Source of the DNA: a virus
Lineage: Duplodnaviria; Caudoviricetes
Direction: 5' to 3' (one strand)
DNA: 64,000 nucleotides
Virus record (IMG/VR): IMGVR_UViG_3300032038_000027
Coordinates: 51,744 to 115,743 of that record
Made by a program: the position numbers and the translations under genes. Every line of letters begins with the position of its first letter. The stretch's first letter is position 1. The notes under the pieces are model-generated. The model searched no databases and had not been told where the DNA came from. It saw only the letters and a list, made by a program, of their open reading frames with translations. Shown here one piece after another: positions 1 to 10,050 of this stretch.

Positions 1-21
1 TGGACTGTTAATGCTATCAAT

Positions 22-3000
22 ATGTATGTTGAATGGAATTATAATGAAGCAACGATTCATACAGATGACACGTTTAGTATTGAATGGACACCATATGGTG
101 ATTTGGTAAAAACTACTCATATCATTATTAATGAAGGAACTCCAAGCGAAATCGTAAGGACTTCTACTACGGCAAAATCTGGCGATCCTGAGAGTATTGA
201 ATTATCTAAACTTTCTCATGGTAGTCATATGGTTAAATTATATGTTACTGCGGTTGTTAATGATAATGAAATTTCTACTACGCCAATGTACCATGATATG
301 ATTTTCGTAGATGATGAATCTACTACTCCGATTATTGCAACTAATTTTAGAGGCACTACTATGACGCAGTACAACACTGTGCGTATTCCTATTGTTGCTT
401 ATACTCCGAACAGTTTAACATCTGACGTTATTTTCTCGGTTAATGGAGTTGAAGTTGGTAGATGGATGAATTGTGATAGAACATTACATAATTTCAACTA
501 TACGCCAACAGATTATGGTACAAAAACATTCCGCGTTACTAACGGTAGCATTTATCGTGAGTTTACTATTGTTGTTGAAGAACTTGACATTGATAACGAG
601 GAAATTGCGAACTATAAATTCAAATTAAAAGCAAGTGATTTTGCGGGTAACGATAACTTGCGTGCATGGTCACAGGATGGCGTTGATTTAACATTCTCTG
701 ATAATTTCGATTGGGATAATGGCGGTATTAAGACCGAAGAAGATTCTGAGGGAAATATCAGACAGTATATTTGCGTTAAAGCAGGTACAAGAATGACGAT
801 CAATCACAAGCCGTTTAGTACCGATATTCGTACAGCCGGACAGACTTTCAAATTTATTTTCAAAACGGTTAATTGCCGCAATTATGATGCCAAAATCGCA
901 ACTTGTTTTGCGGATAATGTTGGTATTGAGATGTATGCTTATAAAGCAACATTTAGATCGACTGGTACAAAGATTTCAGTTGATTATAGCGATAATGAAT
1001 ATATTGAATTTGAATATGATGTATATCCGTCAAACGCTAAAGGTCGTTATATGATGACATGGCTTGACGGTGTGCCTTCATCTGCTCGTGTGTATAACGC
1101 TTCTGATAGCTTTACACAGGGTATTAATAATCAAAAGAATATCGTTATCGGTTCTGATGATTGTGATGTATATATTTATCTTGCAAAATTATATAATCGT
1201 GGTTTATCAAGAGATAATCATATTGAAAACTTTATTGCTGATGCACCAAATGCGCAAGAAATGTTAAAGCGTTATACTCGTAATGATATTCTTGATAATA
1301 AAATTATTAGTTATCAGAAACTATATCAAAACAATCCTGATTGTCGTGTATGGTTATATGATATTCCTTATATGACTACGGGTAAAAAGGACTATGTTGA
1401 TAATTGTATTTTTAATCAGTTCTGGGTTAATGGCGATCAGTATTATACATTATCAGGTGTTGGTACAATGTCTGTACAGGGTACTTCATCTGTTGACTAT
1501 ATTCGTGGTGCGGCAAATACGGATATCAACTTCAAGGTCTTAAAAGATGGTTATGACAACGATCTATTAGAGAATGGTGTTGTAGAGAAAGATTTATACG
1601 GTAATAACTATTATGTTGGTGATAAATCTACTGGTCATGTTACTGTGTTCGATGTAGATGAAAACACTAAATTAACCGCAGATTGTATTCCGATTGAGAG
1701 AGATTCAAGCGGTAATGTTACAAAGTATATTAAAGCATTAGGCTATAAAGTCAATGATGATTCTACTCCTATTTCATATTCTAACACGAAAGTAAATTTT
1801 GCTTCTTGTGAGCAAGTTAATAATATGCTTAATGCGGCATGGTATCAGCGTTTTCAGCCTTATAAGAGTAAGACACCGCGCGATTGTATGGAATTTGCTA
1901 TGGGTGTTCAGTTTATTAAGGACGAAGGTAATATCCCTGATACAGAATCACACTTTATTCTATTTGATAATGATAGATACAACTTCTATTCTATTGCAAA
2001 CATGGGTACAAGTAAAAAGAATGTTCATGTATTCCATGATATGTCTAATCCGAATGAATGTTGTGTTGAGGTAATGAACAACCTTAATGACCTTTGCCGT
2101 ATGGTTACGGATGATATGACTAATCTTGACTGGTCTGGTAAAGTCGATGGAAAAGATCATTCATTTGAAATGCGTTATCCTGATACTTCAAATCCGTCAC
2201 AGTCTATTAAGACAGCATGGCAGAGATTCGTTACATGGATGGCAACTAACAATCCGAACGCTGCTACAGATCAGCTTCTGTCTACTCCCGAAACTTATGG
2301 TGAGTATACGTTTAGAGGTCATGATGGCGATGGAGATCAGGTTCTAAAAGGAACTAAAGTTACGCAATATGCGGGTACATACACACACGATACATTTAAT
2401 CGTCGTGTTGCTAAAATGCTATCTGAATGTGAAGATTATCTCATAATGGATTCTGTTATCTATCATTTTGTTTATATTGAAAGACATACGATGGTGGATA
2501 ATGTTTCTAAAAATACTTTCTGGTCTACCCGTGATGGTATTCATTGGGATTTATCTAAAGCATATGATATGGACACATCCGACGGTAACAATAATGAAGG
2601 CAAAATGACGTTTGATTACGGCTATGAAGCTAATGATAAAGTTATTGTTGACGATAGCGGTTCGACATCTACTAAAGATGTATTTAATGCAAAGGATGCC
2701 GTATGGTTTGTATTCTCTAATGCTCTATTAGAGGCTTGCGAAACAATGTTTGTTGATCGTGAAAAAGAAGGATGTTGGTCTGCATCCGCATATCATGAAT
2801 TTTTCTTAGCGGAGCAAAGAAAAGTCCCTGAGAGAATTTGGGTTGAATGTTATTGGTACGATTATTTAAGAACCTTAGAAGATGGTATCAACGATAGTTG
2901 GATTGAGTTCCTTGACGGTGGTACTAAAGCACATCAAAGATGGCATTATGAGTTCTTTGAAGAAATTTATGATAGCTCAAAATATCGCGGTAATAATGCG

Positions 3001-6000
3001 ACAGCTAATAATATTAACTTCCGTGGTTATCATCCAGAAAAATGGGATGGTATTTCAGATGAAACATGGGCACAAATTTCGCCACTACATCAAATTCCCA
3101 TTAAAATGTTTAATAAATGTTATGTCAATGTATCTGTTGATGGTAACTTGTATAGACAAAAAGTGGAAAAGGGACAAACATATGTTGTTGACTTTAGCGC
3201 ACAGTCTAAACTGAACGATACTGTCATTAATATTTATTCTGCACAGATGATTCAAGAAATCGGCAACTTATCTCGTCTTTATCCGGGTACGCTGAATCTT
3301 TCTAACGCAAAGAGATTACGTTCTTTGACCGTAGGTTCGGCTGTTGAAGGATATAGAAATATGAACCTTAGTGCATTAACTCTTGGTCAAAACACAATGC
3401 TTGAATATCTGTATGTTCAGAATTTAGGCTATGTTGATGGCGGTCTTGATTTGAGTTCTTGCCCATCATTGATTTATTTGGATGCAAGTGGTTCTACATT
3501 TACTGCGTATACTTTCGCAAATGCGGGATTATTACAAACTGCTATTATTGAAAAGCCAACGGCTTTAGTAATGAGAAACCTGTTATATATTGATGATAAT
3601 CATCTATCTATCAATGATAACAGTTTATTTGATACAATTATTATCGAGAATTGTCCGCAACTCGATACCGAGGCGATTACCGATGCGGCAAAATCTTCAC
3701 TAACAAAAGTTCGTCTGTTAGGTATTGATTGGGATATGCTTGATACAACTTTACTTAACGCACTTTTGACAAAACAGGGTGTTGGCGATGATGGTAGCTT
3801 TACTCCTGTTTCTGTATTAACTGGTTCTGTGCATTTTGATACATTAACTGAGCGTGATCTTAATATGTTCCGTAGGGCATGGAGTCCAGAGGCTTTATCT
3901 ATTACTGCGGATAACTTAATTGAACAATGTGCTTTAACATTTTTAAATTATGATGAATCATCGATTTATGGCAAAGATGGCGATGAATATGTTCAATGGG
4001 TTGATAAAGGACAGAGAGCGTATGACCCATTAGAAGCTGACCCTGCGGAAATCAATACGCCTGTTAAGCCAAGCTCTGAAATGTACGATTATACATTTTC
4101 ACATTGGGCGATTTATCAAGATGGTGTAATTAGCGATACACCTTATGATTTCTCAAATGTTGTTCTCACTCCTATTACTTTAATTGCCGTATATACTCAA
4201 TCTCTCCGTACTTTCACTGTTAATTGGTATACCGCGCCTGTTAATAATGGTATGATTAGAGGAAGTTGGGATTCAGAGAATAATAAAGCAAATCGTACTC
4301 TAATTCATTCTGAAACTGGTATTTCATATGGCGAAGAAGCTGTTTTAGATAATTTCAAAAAGCTGAGTGTTAAAGATATATCATCTGGAAGCACTCAATA
4401 TGTTGAATGTTACAATTTTGAAAATTGGAACAGATCAACGGGCAATATCACAGAAGATATTGATGTATATGCTGTTTGGGATTATGCAAAGGTATTCAAA
4501 GATGTTGACGATAATCTAATCTTAAAAGATAGTTTGGGAGCGAATAAGAATTTAAAGGATATGTCAACAGCCGAAATCGCTATTGTTATGGCAAAAGGCG
4601 AAACTCGTAATTTCTTTGAAAACAAAGACTATTTTGATTTTGTTATGGGGCACGATTATGACTTTAAGAATGTTGACTCAGATACATTAGTTGATATTGA
4701 CAACTATTTATATGTAGATGGTCTTGAAGGCATTATTCCTGTCGATAAGAACGGAAATCAGATTAAATTATTTGCTGAAGATAGTCCGTCATTTACAATG
4801 GCTATTGATATGATGGTTACTAATGACGCACATGATTATTCTCCGCAAAATAAAAATACTCTTTTATCTTGCTTTGAAAACCCTGATAACGGCAATTATG
4901 GCGTTGCTTTACGCAGTATGGGTAGTAAAGTTAATGTATTATGGGGCGATAAATCAGACGATTTAGGCTATAATACAGCGCGAGATATGATTGTATTAAG
5001 ACATATTAAAGGTAGTCCAACGTTATATATCTATTCGTTTAATGGTTCTGCTCCTGCTGCTGAAAATTATGGTGATACTTTAAAGACAGTTGAATCTGTT
5101 CGTACCGCGTTTAATTATACCGATGCTCCTTTAGTATTTGGTAGTATTGCTGAATACGATGAAGATTCACAAAGATATATAGCAAGTACAGATGATACTT
5201 ATTTAGGTGCAGGTATGATTTATTGGTGCAAAATTTGGTATGCTGATTTAGGTGATACTGTTGCCAGAAATCTCGCCTCATGGACTCGTGATGAAGATAG
5301 ACAAGATTATTTTGAGGTTGCACTTGATTCTACTGGTGAATGGTTAGGCAGTCCTTATATTATTTCTGGTACTGTCAATAAACGTCCAAACGCTTCATTC
5401 TGTTCAAATAACTTAATGAGATATCTACATAGGATGAATAGCGATAATACCAACTCAGGAGGTTGGGGCGGTAATCAAGCCACTGGTAAATACCAATATT
5501 CTATGCACAACTTTATGCAGACACGTTTTTATCCTGCAATTCCCAACAATGTGCGCAGTTTAATTGTTCAAGTTAAAGTGCCATCAACTATTGGTGGAGC
5601 GTCAACTTCTATCGGTAATTATGATAGCTATGTTTATATTCCTTGTTTGCGTGAGGAAACTGGCGATACCGGAGCGGGATATGCTAATGAGGGTGAACGT
5701 ATTCCGTGGAATGTTACAAATGCTCGTAGGCTGAAATTCAGAGATATTATCGTATTAGATACCTCTTTAAACGCTGCGGGTAACGCTGTACATTCAGGCG
5801 CTAACGAACCAATCTTCGGGCAAGGTAAAGGCTTCTATGACCCAGATACAAATCCGAACGGCGTTCGAGAATTTGATATTTGGCAAAACGGTACTAACAC
5901 TGGTTATATTTATTTGTCAGCCGAAACATTAAGGAAGAAACAGATCACGCCTACGACGAGAATCACACGCGGCGACGAGCTGTTAGGCGGTTGGGTGGCA

Positions 6001-6156
6001 GCTGTGGTTTGGTGGTTGCGCTCTCCGAATACTGGTAATACCATCAGCTTCTGGAGCATCTACACCATTGGCACGACGAACTACAGCGGCGCGAGCTACT
6101 TCTACGCGCTTTGCCCCTGTTTCTCTCTTTACGCAGAAATTGACGATTCAGAATAA
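22..6156 (+). CDS. Giant tail/receptor-binding protein, DGR target (likely 5'-partial; CotH-like kinase-type region, LRR-like repeats, LamG-like region, C-terminal CLec-like variable domain)
   Basis: 2044-aa ORF; the frame is open from base 1. DNVSKN and YDMDTSDG motifs, LxxLxL repeats, C-terminal WWLRSP...ALCPCF encoded by the VR. Domain calls are by motif recognition only. Confidence 0.8.
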   Translation: MYVEWNYNEATIHTDDTFSIEWTPYGDLVKTTHIIINEGTPSEIVRTSTTAKSGDPESIELSKLSHGSHMVKLYVTAVVNDNEISTTPMYHDMIFVDDESTTPIIATNFRGTTMTQYNTVRIPIVAYTPNSLTSDVIFSVNGVEVGRWMNCDRTLHNFNYTPTDYGTKTFRVTNGSIYREFTIVVEELDIDNEEIANYKFKLKASDFAGNDNLRAWSQDGVDLTFSDNFDWDNGGIKTEEDSEGNIRQYICVKAGTRMTINHKPFSTDIRTAGQTFKFIFKTVNCRNYDAKIATCFADNVGIEMYAYKATFRSTGTKISVDYSDNEYIEFEYDVYPSNAKGRYMMTWLDGVPSSARVYNASDSFTQGINNQKNIVIGSDDCDVYIYLAKLYNRGLSRDNHIENFIADAPNAQEMLKRYTRNDILDNKIISYQKLYQNNPDCRVWLYDIPYMTTGKKDYVDNCIFNQFWVNGDQYYTLSGVGTMSVQGTSSVDYIRGAANTDINFKVLKDGYDNDLLENGVVEKDLYGNNYYVGDKSTGHVTVFDVDENTKLTADCIPIERDSSGNVTKYIKALGYKVNDDSTPISYSNTKVNFASCEQVNNMLNAAWYQRFQPYKSKTPRDCMEFAMGVQFIKDEGNIPDTESHFILFDNDRYNFYSIANMGTSKKNVHVFHDMSNPNECCVEVMNNLNDLCRMVTDDMTNLDWSGKVDGKDHSFEMRYPDTSNPSQSIKTAWQRFVTWMATNNPNAATDQLLSTPETYGEYTFRGHDGDGDQVLKGTKVTQYAGTYTHDTFNRRVAKMLSECEDYLIMDSVIYHFVYIERHTMVDNVSKNTFWSTRDGIHWDLSKAYDMDTSDGNNNEGKMTFDYGYEANDKVIVDDSGSTSTKDVFNAKDAVWFVFSNALLEACETMFVDREKEGCWSASAYHEFFLAEQRKVPERIWVECYWYDYLRTLEDGINDSWIEFLDGGTKAHQRWHYEFFEEIYDSSKYRGNNATANNINFRGYHPEKWDGISDETWAQISPLHQIPIKMFNKCYVNVSVDGNLYRQKVEKGQTYVVDFSAQSKLNDTVINIYSAQMIQEIGNLSRLYPGTLNLSNAKRLRSLTVGSAVEGYRNMNLSALTLGQNTMLEYLYVQNLGYVDGGLDLSSCPSLIYLDASGSTFTAYTFANAGLLQTAIIEKPTALVMRNLLYIDDNHLSINDNSLFDTIIIENCPQLDTEAITDAAKSSLTKVRLLGIDWDMLDTTLLNALLTKQGVGDDGSFTPVSVLTGSVHFDTLTERDLNMFRRAWSPEALSITADNLIEQCALTFLNYDESSIYGKDGDEYVQWVDKGQRAYDPLEADPAEINTPVKPSSEMYDYTFSHWAIYQDGVISDTPYDFSNVVLTPITLIAVYTQSLRTFTVNWYTAPVNNGMIRGSWDSENNKANRTLIHSETGISYGEEAVLDNFKKLSVKDISSGSTQYVECYNFENWNRSTGNITEDIDVYAVWDYAKVFKDVDDNLILKDSLGANKNLKDMSTAEIAIVMAKGETRNFFENKDYFDFVMGHDYDFKNVDSDTLVDIDNYLYVDGLEGIIPVDKNGNQIKLFAEDSPSFTMAIDMMVTNDAHDYSPQNKNTLLSCFENPDNGNYGVALRSMGSKVNVLWGDKSDDLGYNTARDMIVLRHIKGSPTLYIYSFNGSAPAAENYGDTLKTVESVRTAFNYTDAPLVFGSIAEYDEDSQRYIASTDDTYLGAGMIYWCKIWYADLGDTVARNLASWTRDEDRQDYFEVALDSTGEWLGSPYIISGTVNKRPNASFCSNNLMRYLHRMNSDNTNSGGWGGNQATGKYQYSMHNFMQTRFYPAIPNNVRSLIVQVKVPSTIGGASTSIGNYDSYVYIPCLREETGDTGAGYANEGERIPWNVTNARRLKFRDIIVLDTSLNAAGNAVHSGANEPIFGQGKGFYDPDTNPNGVREFDIWQNGTNTGYIYLSAETLRKKQITPTTRITRGDELLGGWVAAVVWWLRSPNTGNTISFWSIYTIGTTNYSGASYFYALCPCFSLYAEIDDSE
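6002..6125 (+). repeat. DGR variable repeat (VR)
   Basis: 124-bp ungapped match to 7139-7262 with 12 mismatches, all opposite TR adenines (6 A>T, 6 A>G). Confidence 0.97.
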
Positions 6157-6205
6157 ATATAAATCGTGCGCAAAGCAAAATATATTAGTTATGATTATTT
6201 ATTTA

Positions 6206-6250
6206 AAGACCTATATCTGGTGGTAACTCGCTTACCACCAAATAGGTCTT
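6206..6250 (+). terminator. Hairpin downstream of VR (DGR homing hairpin and/or intrinsic terminator)
   Basis: AAGACCTAT-atc-TGGTGGTAA-ctcgc-TTACCACCA-a-ATAGGTCTT followed by an AT-rich run. Confidence 0.65.
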
Positions 6251-6266
6251 ATTTATTTAAGGAAAG

Positions 6267-7082
6267 ATGATGATAAAATTGTCCGTATTAAAAGTAAATA
6301 GGCATTTATCTCATACTGAATATGAGGAAGCATATTATAGATATTTTCATGATTCAGAAAGAATATTGAACAAATGTTCTAAAAGACGAGAGAAATATAT
6401 AGCTCAACCTATTGCGGAATTGAATGTACTTCTGTATGAGGAAATAATGTCTATTACAACAAATCTATATGCAAGGTCAAAAGAGAAAAAGAAACAAAAA
6501 CAAGACAAAATACAAAATTGTTTCAAATATATAAAAGGACTGAATAAAGCTATTATGGTTTATGCAAATATTAGAGAAATCAGTTTTGATTCACAATGTA
6601 GGTGGTGCGAACCTCTCGTTGATATAATGGAATATTTGAATAATAAAGTAGATCATCCATATCCACATTCTAAGTATAAATTTCGAGTTTTAGATTGGGA
6701 TAAGATCAAAGATTTCGAGGTATTGAATAATATGTGTGAACTTCATAGGTATTGTCATTGTAAAGCCGTAAGAGCTAAAGAAATATTGGACGATAATACA
6801 GTTTCTCTATTGATATACTTAATCGACGAATCGTTCTACTTAACGATGATAGCAAATTCATATATTCCTCGTACTAAAGCTGAATATGAAGAACGTAAAA
6901 AGATGCTCGATGAATCTTTGGCTCTTCTATATCATATTCAAAGACCTATGATTACACTTTATAATGTGATGAAATATAGTAATAGGATTCAAACTGAATG
7001 GAGCAATCTTTTAACTAAACAAATTAAGTTATTAAATGGTTTGCGAGAATCGGATAAATCTCGATTTAGCAAACTATCTTAA
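6267..7082 (+). CDS. avd: DGR accessory variability determinant (Avd-like), apparently double-length
   Basis: Lies between target and TR. Basic and helical; SVLK..R..S N-terminus; ANS.IP....E...R and W..LL......L.GLRESD..RF resemble Avd-type four-helix bundles. Confidence 0.7.
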   Translation: MMIKLSVLKVNRHLSHTEYEEAYYRYFHDSERILNKCSKRREKYIAQPIAELNVLLYEEIMSITTNLYARSKEKKKQKQDKIQNCFKYIKGLNKAIMVYANIREISFDSQCRWCEPLVDIMEYLNNKVDHPYPHSKYKFRVLDWDKIKDFEVLNNMCELHRYCHCKAVRAKEILDDNTVSLLIYLIDESFYLTMIANSYIPRTKAEYEERKKMLDESLALLYHIQRPMITLYNVMKYSNRIQTEWSNLLTKQIKLLNGLRESDKSRFSKLS

Positions 7083-7138
7083 TATATCATTAGGTTAAGG
7101 GCTAATTTTATGGTAGGCGCTTTTGCGGGCTGCCTTGT

Positions 7139-7262
7139 CTGTGGTTTGGTGGTTGCGCTCTCCGAATACTGGTAATACCAACAACTTCTGGAACATCAAC
7201 ACCAATGGCACGACGAACAACAACAACGCGAACAACTTCTACGCGCTTTGCCCCTGATTCTC
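7139..7262 (+). ncRNA. DGR template repeat (TR)
   Basis: AAC-rich non-coding copy of the VR lying between avd and RT; has TGA where the VR has TGT. Confidence 0.95.
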
Positions 7263-7579
7263 ATTTTATAGTAGCTACGTTATAGGAGTGAAGGAGATAT
7301 TTTTTAAGATATTATCTAAATTGAGAAGGAGCTTTTAACCTTCTATTTTATTTTTTTAAAATAGCAAATATACGCACCGATTATGCTTTAATTTTCGGTA
7401 CGCCATGCTGTATTATGCGGCATGACGGTTCTGTTTCAGGAAAGTTGAAGCTACTTGCATGGTAGTGGGGATTGCGGCAACCACTATTTCATACTTGCCT
7501 GAGAAAGCTGTAACTCGCAATCAAATATTAAGCCCGACAGAAGTATTTTAAACTAATTATATTGAAAAGAGGTGAATAG

Positions 7580-8887
7580 ATTATAAATAATAATGAACGA
7601 ATACAAAATAGAATAGCTCGTGATAAAATTAGAAGAGCTATTAAAAAAGAATTTAAGAATAAAGATTTTGATGATTTCTATCAAGTTATTACTATGGAAC
7701 ATTATACTGCGGCTTTATATAAGTGTAAAAAGGGAGTCATGTGGAAAGGTAAACCTCAAAAATATTGTTTTATGGCTATAACACGGATGGATGAAACGAT
7801 CAACTCAGTAATTAAAGGTGAGTTGCCATCTCTCAAAAATTATAAAGTAATGATATTGAGGGAGCGCGGAACTGAAAGAAGTATTGTTGCCATAGTATTT
7901 GATGACCGCATCACGCAGAGAACATTAGCGGATTTTGCTTTAGTTCCTGTCGTGTCGCGGTCTTTAATATATGATAATGGTGCAAGTACAAAAGGCAAAG
8001 GAACTGATTTTGCACGCAACAGAATAAATAAGTTTATGCACGATGCTGCCTGTAAATATGGAGATGATTTCTACATATTGAAATTTGATTTCAAAAAATT
8101 TTTCGAAAGCATACCACACTCAACTTGTCAAAAGATATATGAGAAATATTTTAATGATAAAAGAATAGTGGATTTAATTATGAATATCATAAAATCATAT
8201 TATAAACCACTAATTATGGAAATCGAGGATGAAAATGAGCGAGAAGAACAGCTACGAAAATTAGAAAACAATGAATTGTGTGGAATTACATTAGGAAGTC
8301 AAATTTCGCAAGTTACTGCTTTAATTGTGCCAAACGCAATAGATCATTATATTAAAGATAAATGTGGCATTAAATATTATGTTAGATATATGGATGATGG
8401 TATTGTAATTCATCATGACAAAGAGGTTTTAATCAAACTTCTTGATGACTTAAAAAAGATTGCAGATGAATTAGGATTATCTTTTAATGAGAACAAAACT
8501 ATGATTGTTAAAGCAAAGAAAGGCTTTGTATTTCTTAAAGTAAAATATAGAGTTGTTGAAAATAAAGTTGTTAAAACATTATCTCGTTCCGGTATTACTC
8601 GCATGAGAAGAAAACTTAAAAAATACGCAATTAAAGTTCAAAATAACGAAATGACATTAGATGATGTTTATAATTCAATGCAATCTTGGTTAGATCACGC
8701 TAAAATAGCAAATTCTTATCGAACTGTTCAAAATATGTTGAAGCTGTATGATGATCTATTTGATGGATATCTAATTACGGATAAATATTTTGAAAAAATA
8801 AAACAAAATAAGAAGGAGGGTAATAATCTTGAAATATTACAAAATAATAAGTGGGCAGCTTTTCGTTGGGATAGCTACGACATCTGA
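7580..8887 (+). CDS. DGR reverse transcriptase
   Basis: LKFDFKKFF, GITLGSQISQ and YVRYMDD motifs. The frame is open from 7580 (ATT/ATA) just after SD AGAGGTG; first ATG is at 7694. Confidence 0.93.
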   Translation: MINNNERIQNRIARDKIRRAIKKEFKNKDFDDFYQVITMEHYTAALYKCKKGVMWKGKPQKYCFMAITRMDETINSVIKGELPSLKNYKVMILRERGTERSIVAIVFDDRITQRTLADFALVPVVSRSLIYDNGASTKGKGTDFARNRINKFMHDAACKYGDDFYILKFDFKKFFESIPHSTCQKIYEKYFNDKRIVDLIMNIIKSYYKPLIMEIEDENEREEQLRKLENNELCGITLGSQISQVTALIVPNAIDHYIKDKCGIKYYVRYMDDGIVIHHDKEVLIKLLDDLKKIADELGLSFNENKTMIVKAKKGFVFLKVKYRVVENKVVKTLSRSGITRMRRKLKKYAIKVQNNEMTLDDVYNSMQSWLDHAKIANSYRTVQNMLKLYDDLFDGYLITDKYFEKIKQNKKEGNNLEILQNNKWAAFRWDSYDI

Positions 8888-9587
8888 ATTGCGTAAAATC
8901 CAATCAAAACATAATATTCTTGTTGAATGTAAAGAGCGTGAAGCTCAATGTGTTCAATGTAATGAATATTACTATCATGCGGGTTGGATGCTGCCAATTC
9001 CAGAAAACGTCGGGGCGATTTTCGCGCAAGTAATCGAAATTGACAAGGAAGAATATGATTATTTATACGAATTGATTGATGGTGATGAAGATATTCCAGA
9101 CCCAGAACCGCCAGAGCCAGAACCCGAACCTATTGAACCTGATTCTGATATCACAGTAGAGTATGCAAGGAAATTAAAAACTGAACAAATGGAAAAATAT
9201 AAAGATAATATTCTTTATGAAGGAATTGATGTAATTCTGCCGGATGGTACTGCTTCTCATTTTAGACTTAGAACCGGAGATCAATTATATTTATTTAGAT
9301 TAGAGTTGATGGCTAATAATGGAGCGGAAAAAATCGCATATCATTCTGATGATGATCTTTGCAAATATTATACACGAGAGGAAATTCTTTCGATAACAGG
9401 GCAGGTATTACCATATATCACATATCATGAAACGTATTTTAATAGTTTGAAATACTATATCAATCATTATTTAGATACTGTTGCAGATATTGCAAATGTT
9501 TATTATGGCATGGATATTCCCGAAGAAAGTCAATCGGAAGTTTGGAATGATATTATTAATGGTAAGATTAATGCGGATTCTATTTAA
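8829..9587 (+). CDS. Phage tail-associated hypothetical protein with PE-rich linker
   Basis: 252-aa ORF, TTG start after SD AAGGAGG; PDPEPPEPEPEP linker; overlaps the RT 3' end. Confidence 0.55.
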   Translation: MKYYKIISGQLFVGIATTSELRKIQSKHNILVECKEREAQCVQCNEYYYHAGWMLPIPENVGAIFAQVIEIDKEEYDYLYELIDGDEDIPDPEPPEPEPEPIEPDSDITVEYARKLKTEQMEKYKDNILYEGIDVILPDGTASHFRLRTGDQLYLFRLELMANNGAEKIAYHSDDDLCKYYTREEILSITGQVLPYITYHETYFNSLKYYINHYLDTVADIANVYYGMDIPEESQSEVWNDIINGKINADSI

Positions 9588-9987
9588 ATATATTATATTG
9601 TTATCAGTAGGTGGGTTATTATATTGTGGCTGCGAAATATTATGGCGTGGCTATACCCATTGGACTATGTTTTTTGTAGGTGGCATTTGTTTCATATTTT
9701 GTGGTAGTTTAAATGAAATATTTGATAAAAATATGCCATTATGGAAACAGATGGCAATTTGTTCCTTTGGGATAACGTTAATAGAGTTCATATCTGGTTT
9801 TATTCTTAATATCATCATGCAATTACATATATGGGATTATAGTAATATGCCATTAAATGTTTTAGGACAAGTCTGTTTACCATTTATGATATTATGGTTT
9901 ATTCTATCTTTAGTGGCGATTGTCGTTGATGATTGGATAAGGTATTTATGGTTTGGTGAAGAAAAACCACATTACAAATTATGGTGA
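9571..9987 (+). CDS. Putative membrane protein (DUF1113/ABC_trans_CmpB-like)
   Basis: Hydrophobic helices; EILWRGYTHWTMF and WDYSNMPLNVLGQVCL; likely ATG at 9571. Confidence 0.7.
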   Translation: MRILFKYIILLSVGGLLYCGCEILWRGYTHWTMFFVGGICFIFCGSLNEIFDKNMPLWKQMAICSFGITLIEFISGFILNIIMQLHIWDYSNMPLNVLGQVCLPFMILWFILSLVAIVVDDWIRYLWFGEEKPHYKLW

Positions 9988-10013
9988 TCTTAAATTTAGT
10001 CAATAATAAAAAT

Positions 10014-10037
10014 AGGGCTACAAGAAATTGTAGCCCT
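10014..10037. terminator. Bidirectional intrinsic terminator between convergent modules
   Basis: AGGGCTACAA-gaaa-TTGTAGCCCT perfect 10-bp stem with A-run and T-run flanks. Confidence 0.85.
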
Positions 10038-10050
10038 TAATTTTTGCGCT

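Noticed and set aside
7580-8887. RT as group II intron, retron or Abi RT
   Set aside because: The TR/VR pair with adenine-only mismatches, the SQ motif and the avd-like neighbour identify a DGR.
9097-9140. CCAGAA/CCAGAG-type repeats as a contingency locus
   Set aside because: Degenerate codons for a Pro-Glu linker, not a perfect slippage tract.
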